A stretch of 64,000 nt of DNA from an uncultured bacterium. Lineage in GTDB: Bacteria; Verrucomicrobiota; Verrucomicrobiia; Limisphaerales; UBA8199. The position numbers and the translations under genes were made by a program. The notes below the pieces were generated by a model, which had not been told where the DNA came from, searched no databases, and worked only from the letters and a program-made list of their open reading frames with translations. The stretch is taken from positions 608,001 to 672,000 of the forward strand of contig CAVVMW010000006.1 of the NCBI GenBank assembly GCA_963749495.1, given 5' to 3'. Of this stretch, positions 53,969-62,527 are shown in pieces; position 1 is the stretch's first letter, and every line of letters starts with the position of its first letter.

Positions 53969-54283
53969 TCAGCAAAGAGCCAACAGCATGAACAGCAAAA
54001 CCCCCAACAACGCCGCGGCCAGCCCGAAAGCTGCGGCCTTATTGTGTCTGTCCCTCAGGAGCCCGATGGCACTCAGCAGCACACCAGCCGGAATCGTCAG
54101 GAACAGGGCCAGCCCGCCAAGGGCTGTAATGGGGGAACCTCAGCCAGAAGGTCGAAAGACGAGCATGATGGCCAAGCCTGCTAACGAATAGATGGAAAAG
54201 GCAAGACCAATTCGCCCCAACGCCTCTCTTCGGCGTGGTCGCAGTCCAGCAATGACCGGCGGTGCATTCTCTGGTTCACTCAT
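53969..54283 (-). pseudogene. Small membrane protein with an internal TGA
   Basis: Three hydrophobic segments in one frame, interrupted by a stop at 54140-54142. Confidence 0.45.
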
Positions 54284-54391
54284 GAGACCGACGACTTTTG
54301 CGTTAGCGGAGAAGATACTGCGCTCGCTCAAGTGTCGAGTCAAAACAAAAATGCTGGGCCAAATCGGATGGGAGGAAGATCAGGCAAACAC

Positions 54392-54574
54392 TCACCCCTG
54401 TCCCTGCACCCCCACGCTCAGGACCTCCCCCGGCTCACATTCCGCAACCACCTCAAACGGCCGGCAGCACACCTCGCAATCCGTCGTAAACCGCTGCGTT
54501 GGGGTGCTCGCGTCGATGACCAAGTCGAAGCTCTGGCCGCAATAGGGGCACTGACGGGTCTTGCTGATTTCCAT
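54392..54574 (-). CDS. CPXCG motif-containing cysteine-rich protein
   Basis: CPYCG...DCEVCCRP. Confidence 0.88.
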   Translation of the reverse strand: MEISKTRQCPYCGQSFDLVIDASTPTQRFTTDCEVCCRPFEVVAECEPGEVLSVGVQGQG

Positions 54575-54704
54575 ATTCTGCTGTACTAAAAGCAACAGTC
54601 GACCAAGCCGCAGGGAATTCAACAGTTTCGACTAAGCCCATAAAGAAAAGGACAGGGTTTTCGGTTTGACATAGCCGTTCTCTGCTGCCAACATGCGGTC
54701 GAGT

Positions 54705-55946
54705 ATGAGTGGGACGAAAGTTCATGCTTTCGCTGAGGCGAGGCTGTCCGACCTTCTTGAGGCGCGCCGTCAAAAAATGCTCCAGGAGATCCAAGGCGAA
54801 CCGGCGAACAAATTGCTCAATTTCAATGAATCCGACTACGTGAAATACTTGGCCGACAAGTATCGGCTTGAACCAATCACGCTCGATTTCGCAGCACTCC
54901 AGGTTTCTCAGACTGAAAAGGTGATTCCTGTTGACCAACACCCTTGGAATTTCGCCTGCCGTCACATCCCTATGCCGAGGTCCGCCTATCCTCGGCAAGT
55001 GATCACGTTTCACATTCCTTACACGGGCGATGCTGGGCTCTTGAGGTGTCAACCCTCAACGTACTTGACCGGTGGTGACGTAGAACTTGACGTGTCGGGC
55101 AAAGAAATCCGATTCGACCTGATTAACTGGGGCAACGATGTCCAGCAGTTGAAAACCGCACAGGCGTCAGTAGTGGAACGGCTTCGTAAACAAAGCGAGT
55201 ACCTATTCGCAGACGTGGAGCGCTTCAACTCTAATTTGGAAGCGCAAGCACGAGGAGCAACGTCCGCCCGAAAGGCCCATTTGCTCAGCCAATTGAGCCT
55301 GGTCGAATCCCTCGGAATCCCTCTGCGCAAAGCACCATCCGTTCCTCAGACTTTCGCGGTGCCTATAGTTCCTAAGAAACTAATCGTGAAGCCACCCGCT
55401 CCTGAGGCGTCATATTCGCCACACCCGACGTTGGATCAGGCAACTTACTGGAACATCTTGTCGATCATTCACGAAACGGGCATAGCGATGGAGCGGCACC
55501 CGAGCACGTACACGAACAAGCAGGAGGAGGATCTGCGGGATTTTCTGCTGATGACCCTCTGCACGCACTATCCGAACACGACAGGCGAAACCTTCAACAA
55601 GAAAGGCAAGACAGATATACTTGTACGATATGACGGGACCAACGTCTTTGTGGGTGAATGCAAGTTCTGGAAGGGGATCAAAGCGTTCCATGACACGATC
55701 GACCAGATCCTCGGCTACCTGACTTGGCGAGATTCCAAAGCTGCCATTGTGTGCTTCGTGAGCAACAAGGAGTTAAACCCCGTGCTCGAACAACTAGCAA
55801 CAGGCACGGCTCAACATCCCTGTTTCGTTCGGACGGAGGAGAAAAAGACAGAAAGCTGGATTCGCTTTGAATTCCGGCTCAGGAGCGACCCGACCAGAAA
55901 CGTCCACCTCGCCGTATTGTGCTTTCACTTTCCACCGGGCCCATGA
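54705..55946 (+). CDS. Hypothetical protein with a C-terminal PD-(D/E)XK restriction-endonuclease-like domain
   Basis: EEDLRD...GETFNKKGKTDIL...VGECKFW; low GC. Confidence 0.7.
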   Translation: MSGTKVHAFAEARLSDLLEARRQKMLQEIQGEPANKLLNFNESDYVKYLADKYRLEPITLDFAALQVSQTEKVIPVDQHPWNFACRHIPMPRSAYPRQVITFHIPYTGDAGLLRCQPSTYLTGGDVELDVSGKEIRFDLINWGNDVQQLKTAQASVVERLRKQSEYLFADVERFNSNLEAQARGATSARKAHLLSQLSLVESLGIPLRKAPSVPQTFAVPIVPKKLIVKPPAPEASYSPHPTLDQATYWNILSIIHETGIAMERHPSTYTNKQEEDLRDFLLMTLCTHYPNTTGETFNKKGKTDILVRYDGTNVFVGECKFWKGIKAFHDTIDQILGYLTWRDSKAAIVCFVSNKELNPVLEQLATGTAQHPCFVRTEEKKTESWIRFEFRLRSDPTRNVHLAVLCFHFPPGP

Positions 55947-56442
55947 ATCGAACGTGGAGTGGTCACTGATAAGAATTTGGTTTTTGCCGCGCCGACGGTT
56001 TTGACGCTGCGCGGGTGAGGGAGAATTGGTTTTTGGTCTCCCTCACTACGGTCGGATGCTGCCAGAAGAGGACCCGAGGGTCAAGAGGAACGTTTTGCCG
56101 GTTTTTGATGGTTTTGGCGCAACATGGGGGGCGCTGGCGCGTGCTGGGGCCTGAGGGTCGGCTCAGCGGCTGAAAGTTGCGCGGCAGGGATACCGGCTCT
56201 GTGGCGAGGGAGCCGGGAGGAAGCCGCTGCCGGGTAAAGGCGCGCCTCCGAACCGGCCTTCCAGAGGATGATTCTCAATCCGTGAGCACGTTTTCGTAGT
56301 CGGGGGTCGGATCCACGTCGTCACAGGGTTCGTAGGTATAGGAAAGGGGTCAAGCCCTTACATCGTGCATTTTGGAGTGACAGCACGGGCGGGGCAGCCA
56401 CAATGGGACCATGCCGCGCCAACTGCGCATTCAGTTTCCGGG

Positions 56443-57044
56443 GGGTGCGAGACAAAACAGTAACCATTAGACCTGTTCATTTCCGCGTATTCCGCGTATT
56501 CCGCGGTTCATTCTTCTTCACAAGATCATTCTGGAACTCAAGGCGGTGAGCGAGTTGGCAGACGAGCATCGGGCGCAGGTGCAAAACTGCCTCAAGGCAA
56601 CCGGGTTGAAGCTCGGGCTGTTGGTCAACTTTGGCCATTATCCCAAGCTCCAAATCGAGCGCATCGTGGCGGAACGGGGCCGATACGGCCGTGGGACCTG
56701 AGGGCAACCGCGGAATACGCGGAATACGCGGAAAACGTAACTGTTCAGGTGTGGGGCAGACCTCTGGTCTGCCGGTTCACGGAGCCTCCGGCTCCGTGTC
56801 CCTTGCAGTTGGGACGCTCGGGGCCAGAGGCCCCTGCAACCGGCAGACCAGAGGTCTGCCCCACGCGTCCAGACCTGAATAGTCACCGGAAAACAAAGCC
56901 GCTCAGCGATCCCGGGTGGGGATTGGCCGGCATTGGGGCAGCCCCATTCCTTGCGGTTGCATCCGCATAGATACAATCACCGGAGGGAACAAACAACGCC
57001 TGCCTTGGTCTCTTCAACGGAGGTTGCTTTTTTGTCCGGCACCC
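56443..57044 (+). mobile_element. MITE copy 3 with perfect 9-bp TSD, GxxExxY remnant and an inserted REP hairpin
   Basis: TIRs gggtgcgagacaaaa / ttttgtccggcaccc; TSD gtttccggg; REP gtggggcagacctctggtctgccgg...ccggcagaccagaggtctgccccac at about 56751-56864. Confidence 0.88.
56518..56701 (+). pseudogene. GxxExxY protein C-terminal half
   Basis: KIILELKAVSELADEHRAQVQNCLKATGLKLGLLVNFGHYPKLQIERIV. Confidence 0.85.
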
Positions 57045-57251
57045 GTTTCCGGGGTTTCCGGGTGCCGTGTGCCATCTGGTGGGTCGTGGGGATCGGGGCG
57101 AGGACATTCACAAAGACCCGCCATTGCCGCTTCGCGGGCGGCCAAAATCCACCCCATCGGTAGCCGGCCCAGCCGTAAAAACTCCGCACAGTCCGCGCAC
57201 TCCGCGCTGTCCTTAGACAAGAAGGGCTGGCGCGCGGCAAACTGCGCGCAA

Positions 57252-57660
57252 AAAACCATTGGGATCATGTCTTGTCATTTGGACAATTGGCACTTGACGC
57301 CGGGATTCCGGGATGATTCCATTGGCCGGTGGCACGCGTGTTGCGCATCGAACGGACGGGCGGGCGGTATCACGTCACCGCCCGCGGCAATGAACGCCAG
57401 GACATCTTCCGTGATGACGCAGACCATTTCCATTTTTTCGTATCCCGGTTACGCCGGCTACCGCCGGCCGCTGGCGTGGGTGTGGCGCGAGCCGCTGGCC
57501 CGGTTATGGGTTTGAGTTAACTGGCGGTTTGGACTACGCCGTAGTGAGCAACGCCCTCGCCCGCTTTGGCCGGCGCCTCCAAGCCGATCCCCGCCTGCGA
57601 GAAGAAATAGCCGCAATCTTGGACCGATTGTCCAAATGACAAGTCATGACCCCAATGGGT
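57252..57660 (+). mobile_element. Shorter deletion derivative of the 53091-53847 RAYT element
   Basis: Same inverted ends; ARVLRIERTGGRYHVTARGNERQDIFRDD. Confidence 0.85.
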
Positions 57661-57705
57661 TTGACCAATGGGTTTGGTTTGAGTCAGGCGGGCGTGTGAC
57701 AGAAA

Positions 57706-58152
57706 TTATTTAACCGCAAAGAACGCAAAGAACGCAGAGAGAAAGGACAGCAGTGGGCCGGTTGGCGGCTGAGCGGCGCCCGTGCTCAAGGCGAACTTGC
57801 GGATTTCGAATTTGTAAGAGCCGAAGTTGATCAGGAGGCCGTGCTCCAGGCGAGAGGACTTCAAATAACCCAGGACTTGCGCTTCGTGCTCGTTCGCCAG
57901 GGCCTTGACCGCTTTCAGCTCTACGATGAGTTCACCCTCCACCAGCAGGTTGGCAAGGTAATCGCCAATGAGCGTGCCATCCTCATCATAGACCTTGATG
58001 GGGTGCTGCTGTTCGACTGCCAGACCCGCCTTGCTGAGCCGGTGAGCCAGGGCGTTCTCATACACTTTCTCCAGGTGACCGTGCCCATGGTACACGTGAA
58101 TGGCGTATGCCGTCTGCCGTACTTGGTCGCTTAAGGCTCTGATGTCTTTCAT
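57706..58152 (-). CDS. GxxExxY protein (TIGR04256-like, PD-(D/E)XK-related)
   Basis: GHLEKVY motif, LIVELKAV, QVLGYLK, GLLINFG; the usual acidic residue of ADL reads ANL here. Confidence 0.92.
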   Translation of the reverse strand: MKDIRALSDQVRQTAYAIHVYHGHGHLEKVYENALAHRLSKAGLAVEQQHPIKVYDEDGTLIGDYLANLLVEGELIVELKAVKALANEHEAQVLGYLKSSRLEHGLLINFGSYKFEIRKFALSTGAAQPPTGPLLSFLSAFFAFFAVK

Positions 58153-58167
58153 AGTGATTTCGGTCTA

Positions 58168-58253
58168 TTTAACAGCAAAGAACGCTGACAGAGAACGCAA
58201 AGAGGAAACGGAAATCTTTCTTCTTTGCGTTCTTTGCGTTCTTTGCGGTTAAA
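58168..58253. repeat. 9-mer (CGCAAAGAA) inverted hairpin upstream of GxxExxY; third arm at 57709-57740
   Basis: tttaacagcaaagaacgc...ctttgcgttctttgcgttctttgcggttaaa. Confidence 0.9.
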
Positions 58254-58470
58254 AAATCCGTCCCCAGGCCCACCCTCACTTTTTCATCAGGAACGTCTGC
58301 GCTCCTTCGAGGTTGTCGCTGTTGATGAGATCGGCGTCGTCGGCCAGCAGCTCGCTCCAGAAACTGATAAGAATTTGGTTTTTGCCGCGCCGGCGGTTTT
58401 GACGCTGCGCGGGTGATGTCACGGCCGGCTAGGTTGTGGACCGGACCATCGGGGCCGAGGGCGGGAAATA

Positions 58471-58563
58471 AACCGCGGACTACGCGGAATACGCGGAAAT
58501 GAAAAGCCCCGCCAAGTGGCGGACCTCTTTGGTTTTTTCGCGTGTTCCGCGTGTTCCGCGGTT
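58471..58563. repeat. Gene-less 9-mer (CGCGGAATA/CGCGGAACA) inverted hairpin
   Basis: aaccgcggactacgcggaatacgcggaa ... ttcgcgtgttccgcgtgttccgcggtt. Confidence 0.9.
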
Positions 58564-58576
58564 CACTTCTTTGGGG

Positions 58577-58830
58577 AAAGGGGTCAAGCCCTTACATTGT
58601 GCATTTTCGAGTGACAGCGCGGGCGGGGCAGCCACAATGGGACCCTGCCGCGCCAACTGCGCATTCAGTTTCCGGGTGCCGTGTACCATCTGATGAGTCG
58701 TGGGGATCGGCGCGAGGCCATTCACAAAGACCCGCCATTGCCGCTTCGCGGGCGGCCAAAATCCACCACATGGATAGCCGGCCCAACCGCAAAAACTCCG
58801 CATTGTCCGAACAGTCCGCGCTGTCCGTGG
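58577..58830 (+). pseudogene. RAYT N-terminal remnant (empty allele of the MITE insertion site)
   Basis: PRQLRIQFPGAVYHLMSRGDRREAI with a single gtttccggg. Confidence 0.8.
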
Positions 58831-59133
58831 ACAGGAGCGGTCGAGGCGGGGCATAGTGGCGTCCATGAGAAATTCCAGCTTTCAATCCCTCCAACTGGAC
58901 CGCCGCCGCGCTGACCGCATCGAAGCCGAGGCCCAAGCCAGGCAAGCCCAAGCCGGCTTCCGTGCCCGCATCCTCCACGCAGCCGGGCAGCAATCCCTCT
59001 CCGAGCTCCTCGCCTCTGGCGACCCGGCCCTCCGAACCCTGGGCGCTGAATTCTCAAAATGCCTCGCCGCCGAGGAGAGGAAACGTGGAACGTCCACCAT
59101 CCGTCCCGATAGGATCGGGGCTACGGAGGACGA

Positions 59134-59166
59134 GTGAAACGTGAAACGTGAAACGTGAAACGTGGA
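59134..59166. repeat. (GTGAAAC)x4 heptamer array
   Basis: Direct reading. Confidence 0.9.
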
Positions 59167-59195
59167 ACTTAAATCCAATTAAAGTCAATTAAACC

Positions 59196-61402
59196 GTGCG
59201 ACATGCAAACTACACCAACAAAACTGCAATCGTCATTGCTGAACGCGGAGCAATCCAGATTCAGCCCTGTGTTTCGCCACAGGTATTCCACGGAAGCAGG
59301 CGCAGGGCGCGCAGCGCCCTTGGGTCTGAAGCCTTCCGGACAATGTAGCCCAACCGGTAGTCTCGTCCGGGCAAGCGCTAGAATCGGGTGACATGGTCAA
59401 GTCAGTTGAACGCTCGTTAAGCATCGTTAAGGCTGAAGAGCCGCAAGAGACTGGTTCAAGGCTCTGGCCAAACAGGCACGCAGTCAGGCTCGGGCTCTGG
59501 TTTATGGCCCGACGCGAATGTCATACTGCCGGTGTAAAGAGCGGACCTAAATCACCCCTCGTGACGGTTGCGGAACGTGGAAAAGCTGCCAGCCCCGCCC
59601 GGTCGGAACCGGGCAGACCTCACCGCAAGGCGGGTCTGGTGGGCACAGCATTGGGAGGACCGAACAAGCCAAGGCCGGCGGGTAATCCGCCGGATACGCC
59701 CACGTCGGTCTGGTCTCGCTTGGCAAGAGAATAGGCAGAACCCTCGTGAAGAAGGAAAAGCAAATGACGGTTGAGCAATCAACTGATGCGTCCTTCCACC
59801 GACCCGTTTGCTGGAAGTCCATTGTCTGGACGACCATCCAAGGGCAGGTGCGACGGCTGCAAATGCGTATTGCCAAGGCAGTTCAACAGGGCAAACACCG
59901 CCGGGCGCAAGCCTTGCAGTGGCTGCTCACACACAGTCGCGCCGCCAAGCTTTTGGCGGTGCGCCAAGTGACCACGAACCGGGGTGCTAAAACCCCCGGT
60001 GTAGATAAGATCCTCTGGCGAACGGACCGACAGAAACTCCGAGCGGCAGATAATCTCCAACGTCACGGATACAGAGCCCAACCCCTGCGCCGCGTTTACA
60101 TCCCGAAGAAAAACGGCAAACTCCGCCCCTTAAGCATTCCCACCCTGCACGACCGCGCCATGCAGGCGCTCTACGCGCTGGCCTTGGCCCCCGTAGCCGA
60201 GACTCGGGCCGACCCGTACTCCTACGGCTTCCGCCAAGGTCGCTGTTGTGCCGATGCCCTGGCGCATGCTCACCTTGCGCTCAGCCGCAGGACCTCCGCC
60301 ACGGAGGTTCTCGAAGGGGACATTCACGCCTGTTTCGACGAGATTAGTCAGCCCTGGCTCTTAGCCCATGTCCCGATGGACAAATACGTGCTGGGCCAGT
60401 GGCTCAAAGCCGGCTACTGGGAAAAGGACCAACTGTTTCCGACCCGCGCGGGCACGCCCCAAGGCGGTATTATCTCCCCAATCCTGGCCAACCTCGCGTT
60501 GGAGGGCATGCAGGAGGCCATCCGCCAGGCGGCGCCCCAACCGGCCGATAAAGTCCACTTCATACGCTACGCCGACAACTTTATCGTGACGGGCGCAAAT
60601 CGGCAAATACTCGAACAGCAAGTCAAACCCGCCTTGACGGCCTTCCTCGCCCAACGAGGTCTGGCACTCTCAGAGCAAAAGACCGTCATCACCTCCATCT
60701 ATCAGGGGTTTAACTTCCTGGGGCACACCGTGCGCAAATTTGGGGACACCCTCCTGATGCGCCCCGCAAAGAGTAGCACCCAAGCGTTGCGGGACAAAAT
60801 CAGGCTCTGTTTCAAATCCGCCTTGGGCCTCAGTCAAGAGGCGCTCCTCCGCAAACTCAACCCCATTCTTAGGGGATGGGCCAATTACTACCGGAACGGA
60901 GCCGCCAAGCGGACCTTCGACCAGCTCGACTGTTATGTCTTCCGTAAACTCTGGCGCTGGACGCGCCGACGCCACCCCACCAAATCGGCGGCCTGGAGAA
61001 CGCATAAATACTTCTCCGCCGCCGGGAAAAAGGGGCTTTTCAGCGTCCGCCTCCGTAAGGCAGGGGGCGAAAGCCGTGTGCTCACGCTCTACCGGATGTC
61101 CAGCACCCGCATCGAACGCCACATCAAGGTCAAAGGGGCAGCCAACCCCTTTGATCCGCTCTACACGGATTACTTCGCCAAACGCCGGTGCTTTGCCTGG
61201 CGTGTCCGGGGGTGCCAGGCTGTGCCTATGGCAGCCTTCCCCGCCTCCGTGAAGGCGTCGTCACCGACATCGTTGGACCGAACTACCGCCGCGTGCCCAC
61301 GCCCTGGCGCACCGGTTAACGAGGCCCGAGCCGTATGACGGGAAACTTTCATGTACGGTTCCTAGAGGGGGGCGGGCCGGCAACGGCCTGCCCCCACTCG
61401 AC
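59196..61402 (+). mobile_element. Group II intron (IIB-like) with intron-encoded protein
   Basis: 5' GTGCG at 59196; domain V gagccgtatgacgggaaactttcatgtacggttc at 61328; domain VI ends actcgAC at 61402; loop GGTTTA (59499-59504) is complementary to the 5' exon end TAAACC. Confidence 0.92.
59746..61338 (+). CDS. ltrA: Group II intron reverse transcriptase/maturase, no HNH domain, YADN active site
   Basis: TPGVD, RVYIPKKNGKLRPLSIP, EGDIHACFD, GTPQGGIISP, RYADNF, FNFLG, LRGWANYY. Confidence 0.93.
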   Translation: MKKEKQMTVEQSTDASFHRPVCWKSIVWTTIQGQVRRLQMRIAKAVQQGKHRRAQALQWLLTHSRAAKLLAVRQVTTNRGAKTPGVDKILWRTDRQKLRAADNLQRHGYRAQPLRRVYIPKKNGKLRPLSIPTLHDRAMQALYALALAPVAETRADPYSYGFRQGRCCADALAHAHLALSRRTSATEVLEGDIHACFDEISQPWLLAHVPMDKYVLGQWLKAGYWEKDQLFPTRAGTPQGGIISPILANLALEGMQEAIRQAAPQPADKVHFIRYADNFIVTGANRQILEQQVKPALTAFLAQRGLALSEQKTVITSIYQGFNFLGHTVRKFGDTLLMRPAKSSTQALRDKIRLCFKSALGLSQEALLRKLNPILRGWANYYRNGAAKRTFDQLDCYVFRKLWRWTRRRHPTKSAAWRTHKYFSAAGKKGLFSVRLRKAGGESRVLTLYRMSSTRIERHIKVKGAANPFDPLYTDYFAKRRCFAWRVRGCQAVPMAAFPASVKASSPTSLDRTTAACPRPGAPVNEARAV

Positions 61403-61440
61403 TCTCCAAGGCTATGAGCCGTATTGGCGCGCCGCTATTT

Positions 61441-61572
61441 CAGCAATTCTCATTTTTGGGCCCTGCCGCATAAATGCGGCGTTCCGGCCGGGTTCGGAAC
61501 GCCGCATTTATGCGGCAGCGAGGGGCCGAAGCGAGAATGGCCAGGCTTCGAAAGCCAGAATGAGAATTGCTG
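61441..61572. mobile_element. 132-bp MITE-like element (TIR CAGCAATTCTCA) with an internal REP doublet
   Basis: Perfect 12-bp TIRs; ttt on both flanks; copy at 43746-43874. Confidence 0.8.
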
Positions 61573-61586
61573 TTTGCGGGGCGGGG

Positions 61587-61709
61587 GAAACGTGAAACGT
61601 GAAACGCGGAGGGACGCGGTGCGTGGGACGAGCGCCGAGGGACCTTTCGGCCCTCGTCTCCCCAAGGCCCGAGCCTGCGGCTCGGTTTCACGTTTCACGT
61701 TTCACGTTT
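61587..61709. repeat. Inverted pair of GAAACGT / ACGTTTC heptamer arrays
   Basis: Arms at 61587-61606 and 61685-61709; the right arm supplies the ubiE stop codon. Confidence 0.9.
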
Positions 61710-62477
61710 TTCTGCCGTGTGTATGCTCATCGCGCCGCCCAGCAGTTTGATGACGCGGACGTTCTGCAGGCCCAGTTCGCGCATGCGGCCGGCCAGGGCC
61801 TGTTGCGCCGGGTAGTGCAGCAGCGACTCCAGGATATAGGCATAGGCGCCGGCGTTGCCGCAGAAGACCCGGCCCAGCAACGGGACCAACAGGCGCAAGT
61901 AGCCAAAGTAGAGGCTGCGCCAGAGGCAATTGTCGGGCTTGCCGAAATCCAGCACCAGCAGCCGCCCGCCAGGGCGGGCCACCCGCTGCATCTCGCGCAG
62001 CCCGCTCTCCCAGCTTGCCAGGTTGCGCAGGCCGTAGCCGACGGTCACGATGTCAAACGAGCCGTCCGCAAACGGCAGCCGTTGCGCATCCCCTCGCACG
62101 AATTGCACCAGCCCCTCCGTCCTTCGTCCTCCGTCCTCCGCCCTCCGTCCTCCGTCCTCCGTCCTCCGCCCTCCGTCCGCCGCCCTCTGCCGCGCCACAT
62201 CGAGCATCGGCGCGCTGAAATCCAGGCCCACAGTCTCGGCGCCGCGACGGGCCAGAGCCAGCGCCAGGTCTCCCGTGCCGCAGCAGACATCCAGGGCGCG
62301 CCGGCCGGGTTGGGCGTCCGCCAGCCCAACCAGGCGCCGCTTCCACCGGCGGTGCAGGCCCAAGCTCTGCAGGTCATTGAGCAGGTCGTAGCGGCGGGCG
62401 ATGCCGGAGAATAACTCGTTCACCTTGGCCGCGCGCTGCGCGCCCGGGTCGTAGTAGGTGGAGTTGTGGATTGGCAT
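61695..62477 (-). CDS. ubiE: Ubiquinone/menaquinone biosynthesis C-methyltransferase UbiE/MenG
   Basis: IARRYDLLNDLQSLGLHRRWK, LDVCCGTGD, GDAQRLPF, YGLRN, AYAYILES; carries a 21-aa repeat insertion. Confidence 0.9.
   Translation of the reverse strand: MPIHNSTYYDPGAQRAAKVNELFSGIARRYDLLNDLQSLGLHRRWKRRLVGLADAQPGRRALDVCCGTGDLALALARRGAETVGLDFSAPMLDVARQRAADGGRRTEDGGRRAEDGGRRTEGLVQFVRGDAQRLPFADGSFDIVTVGYGLRNLASWESGLREMQRVARPGGRLLVLDFGKPDNCLWRSLYFGYLRLLVPLLGRVFCGNAGAYAYILESLLHYPAQQALAGRMRELGLQNVRVIKLLGGAMSIHTAEKRET
62114..62176. repeat. (CCTCCGT)x9 heptamer array in frame within ubiE
   Basis: 63 nt encoding DGGRRTE-like units three times. Confidence 0.92.
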
Positions 62478-62527
62478 GACGGACGTTGAGGAGTATCCAA
62501 ACGCCGAGGCGGAGTGTCGAGGTTGGA

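Larger units (their letters stand above)
56343..57240 (+). pseudogene. RAYT N-terminal remnant interrupted by MITE copy 3
   Basis: aaaggggtcaagcccttac end; MPRQLRIQFPG then [MITE] then AVCHLVGRGDR; uninterrupted copy at 58577-58830. Confidence 0.8.

Noticed and set aside
57709..58563. Integron attC sites (hairpins starting AAC and ending GTT)
   Set aside because: Arms are tandem 9-mers without recognisable L boxes or extrahelical bases, and no integron integrase is present.
3067..61338. Diversity-generating retroelement (Avd-like protein plus an RT in the same window)
   Set aside because: They are 56 kb apart, the RT is a group II intron protein inside a complete intron RNA, and I saw no TR/VR pair with adenine-specific differences.
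59746..61338. Retron or defence-associated RT
   Set aside because: Maturase domain, GTGCG start, domains V/VI and EBS1-IBS1 pairing identify a group II intron.
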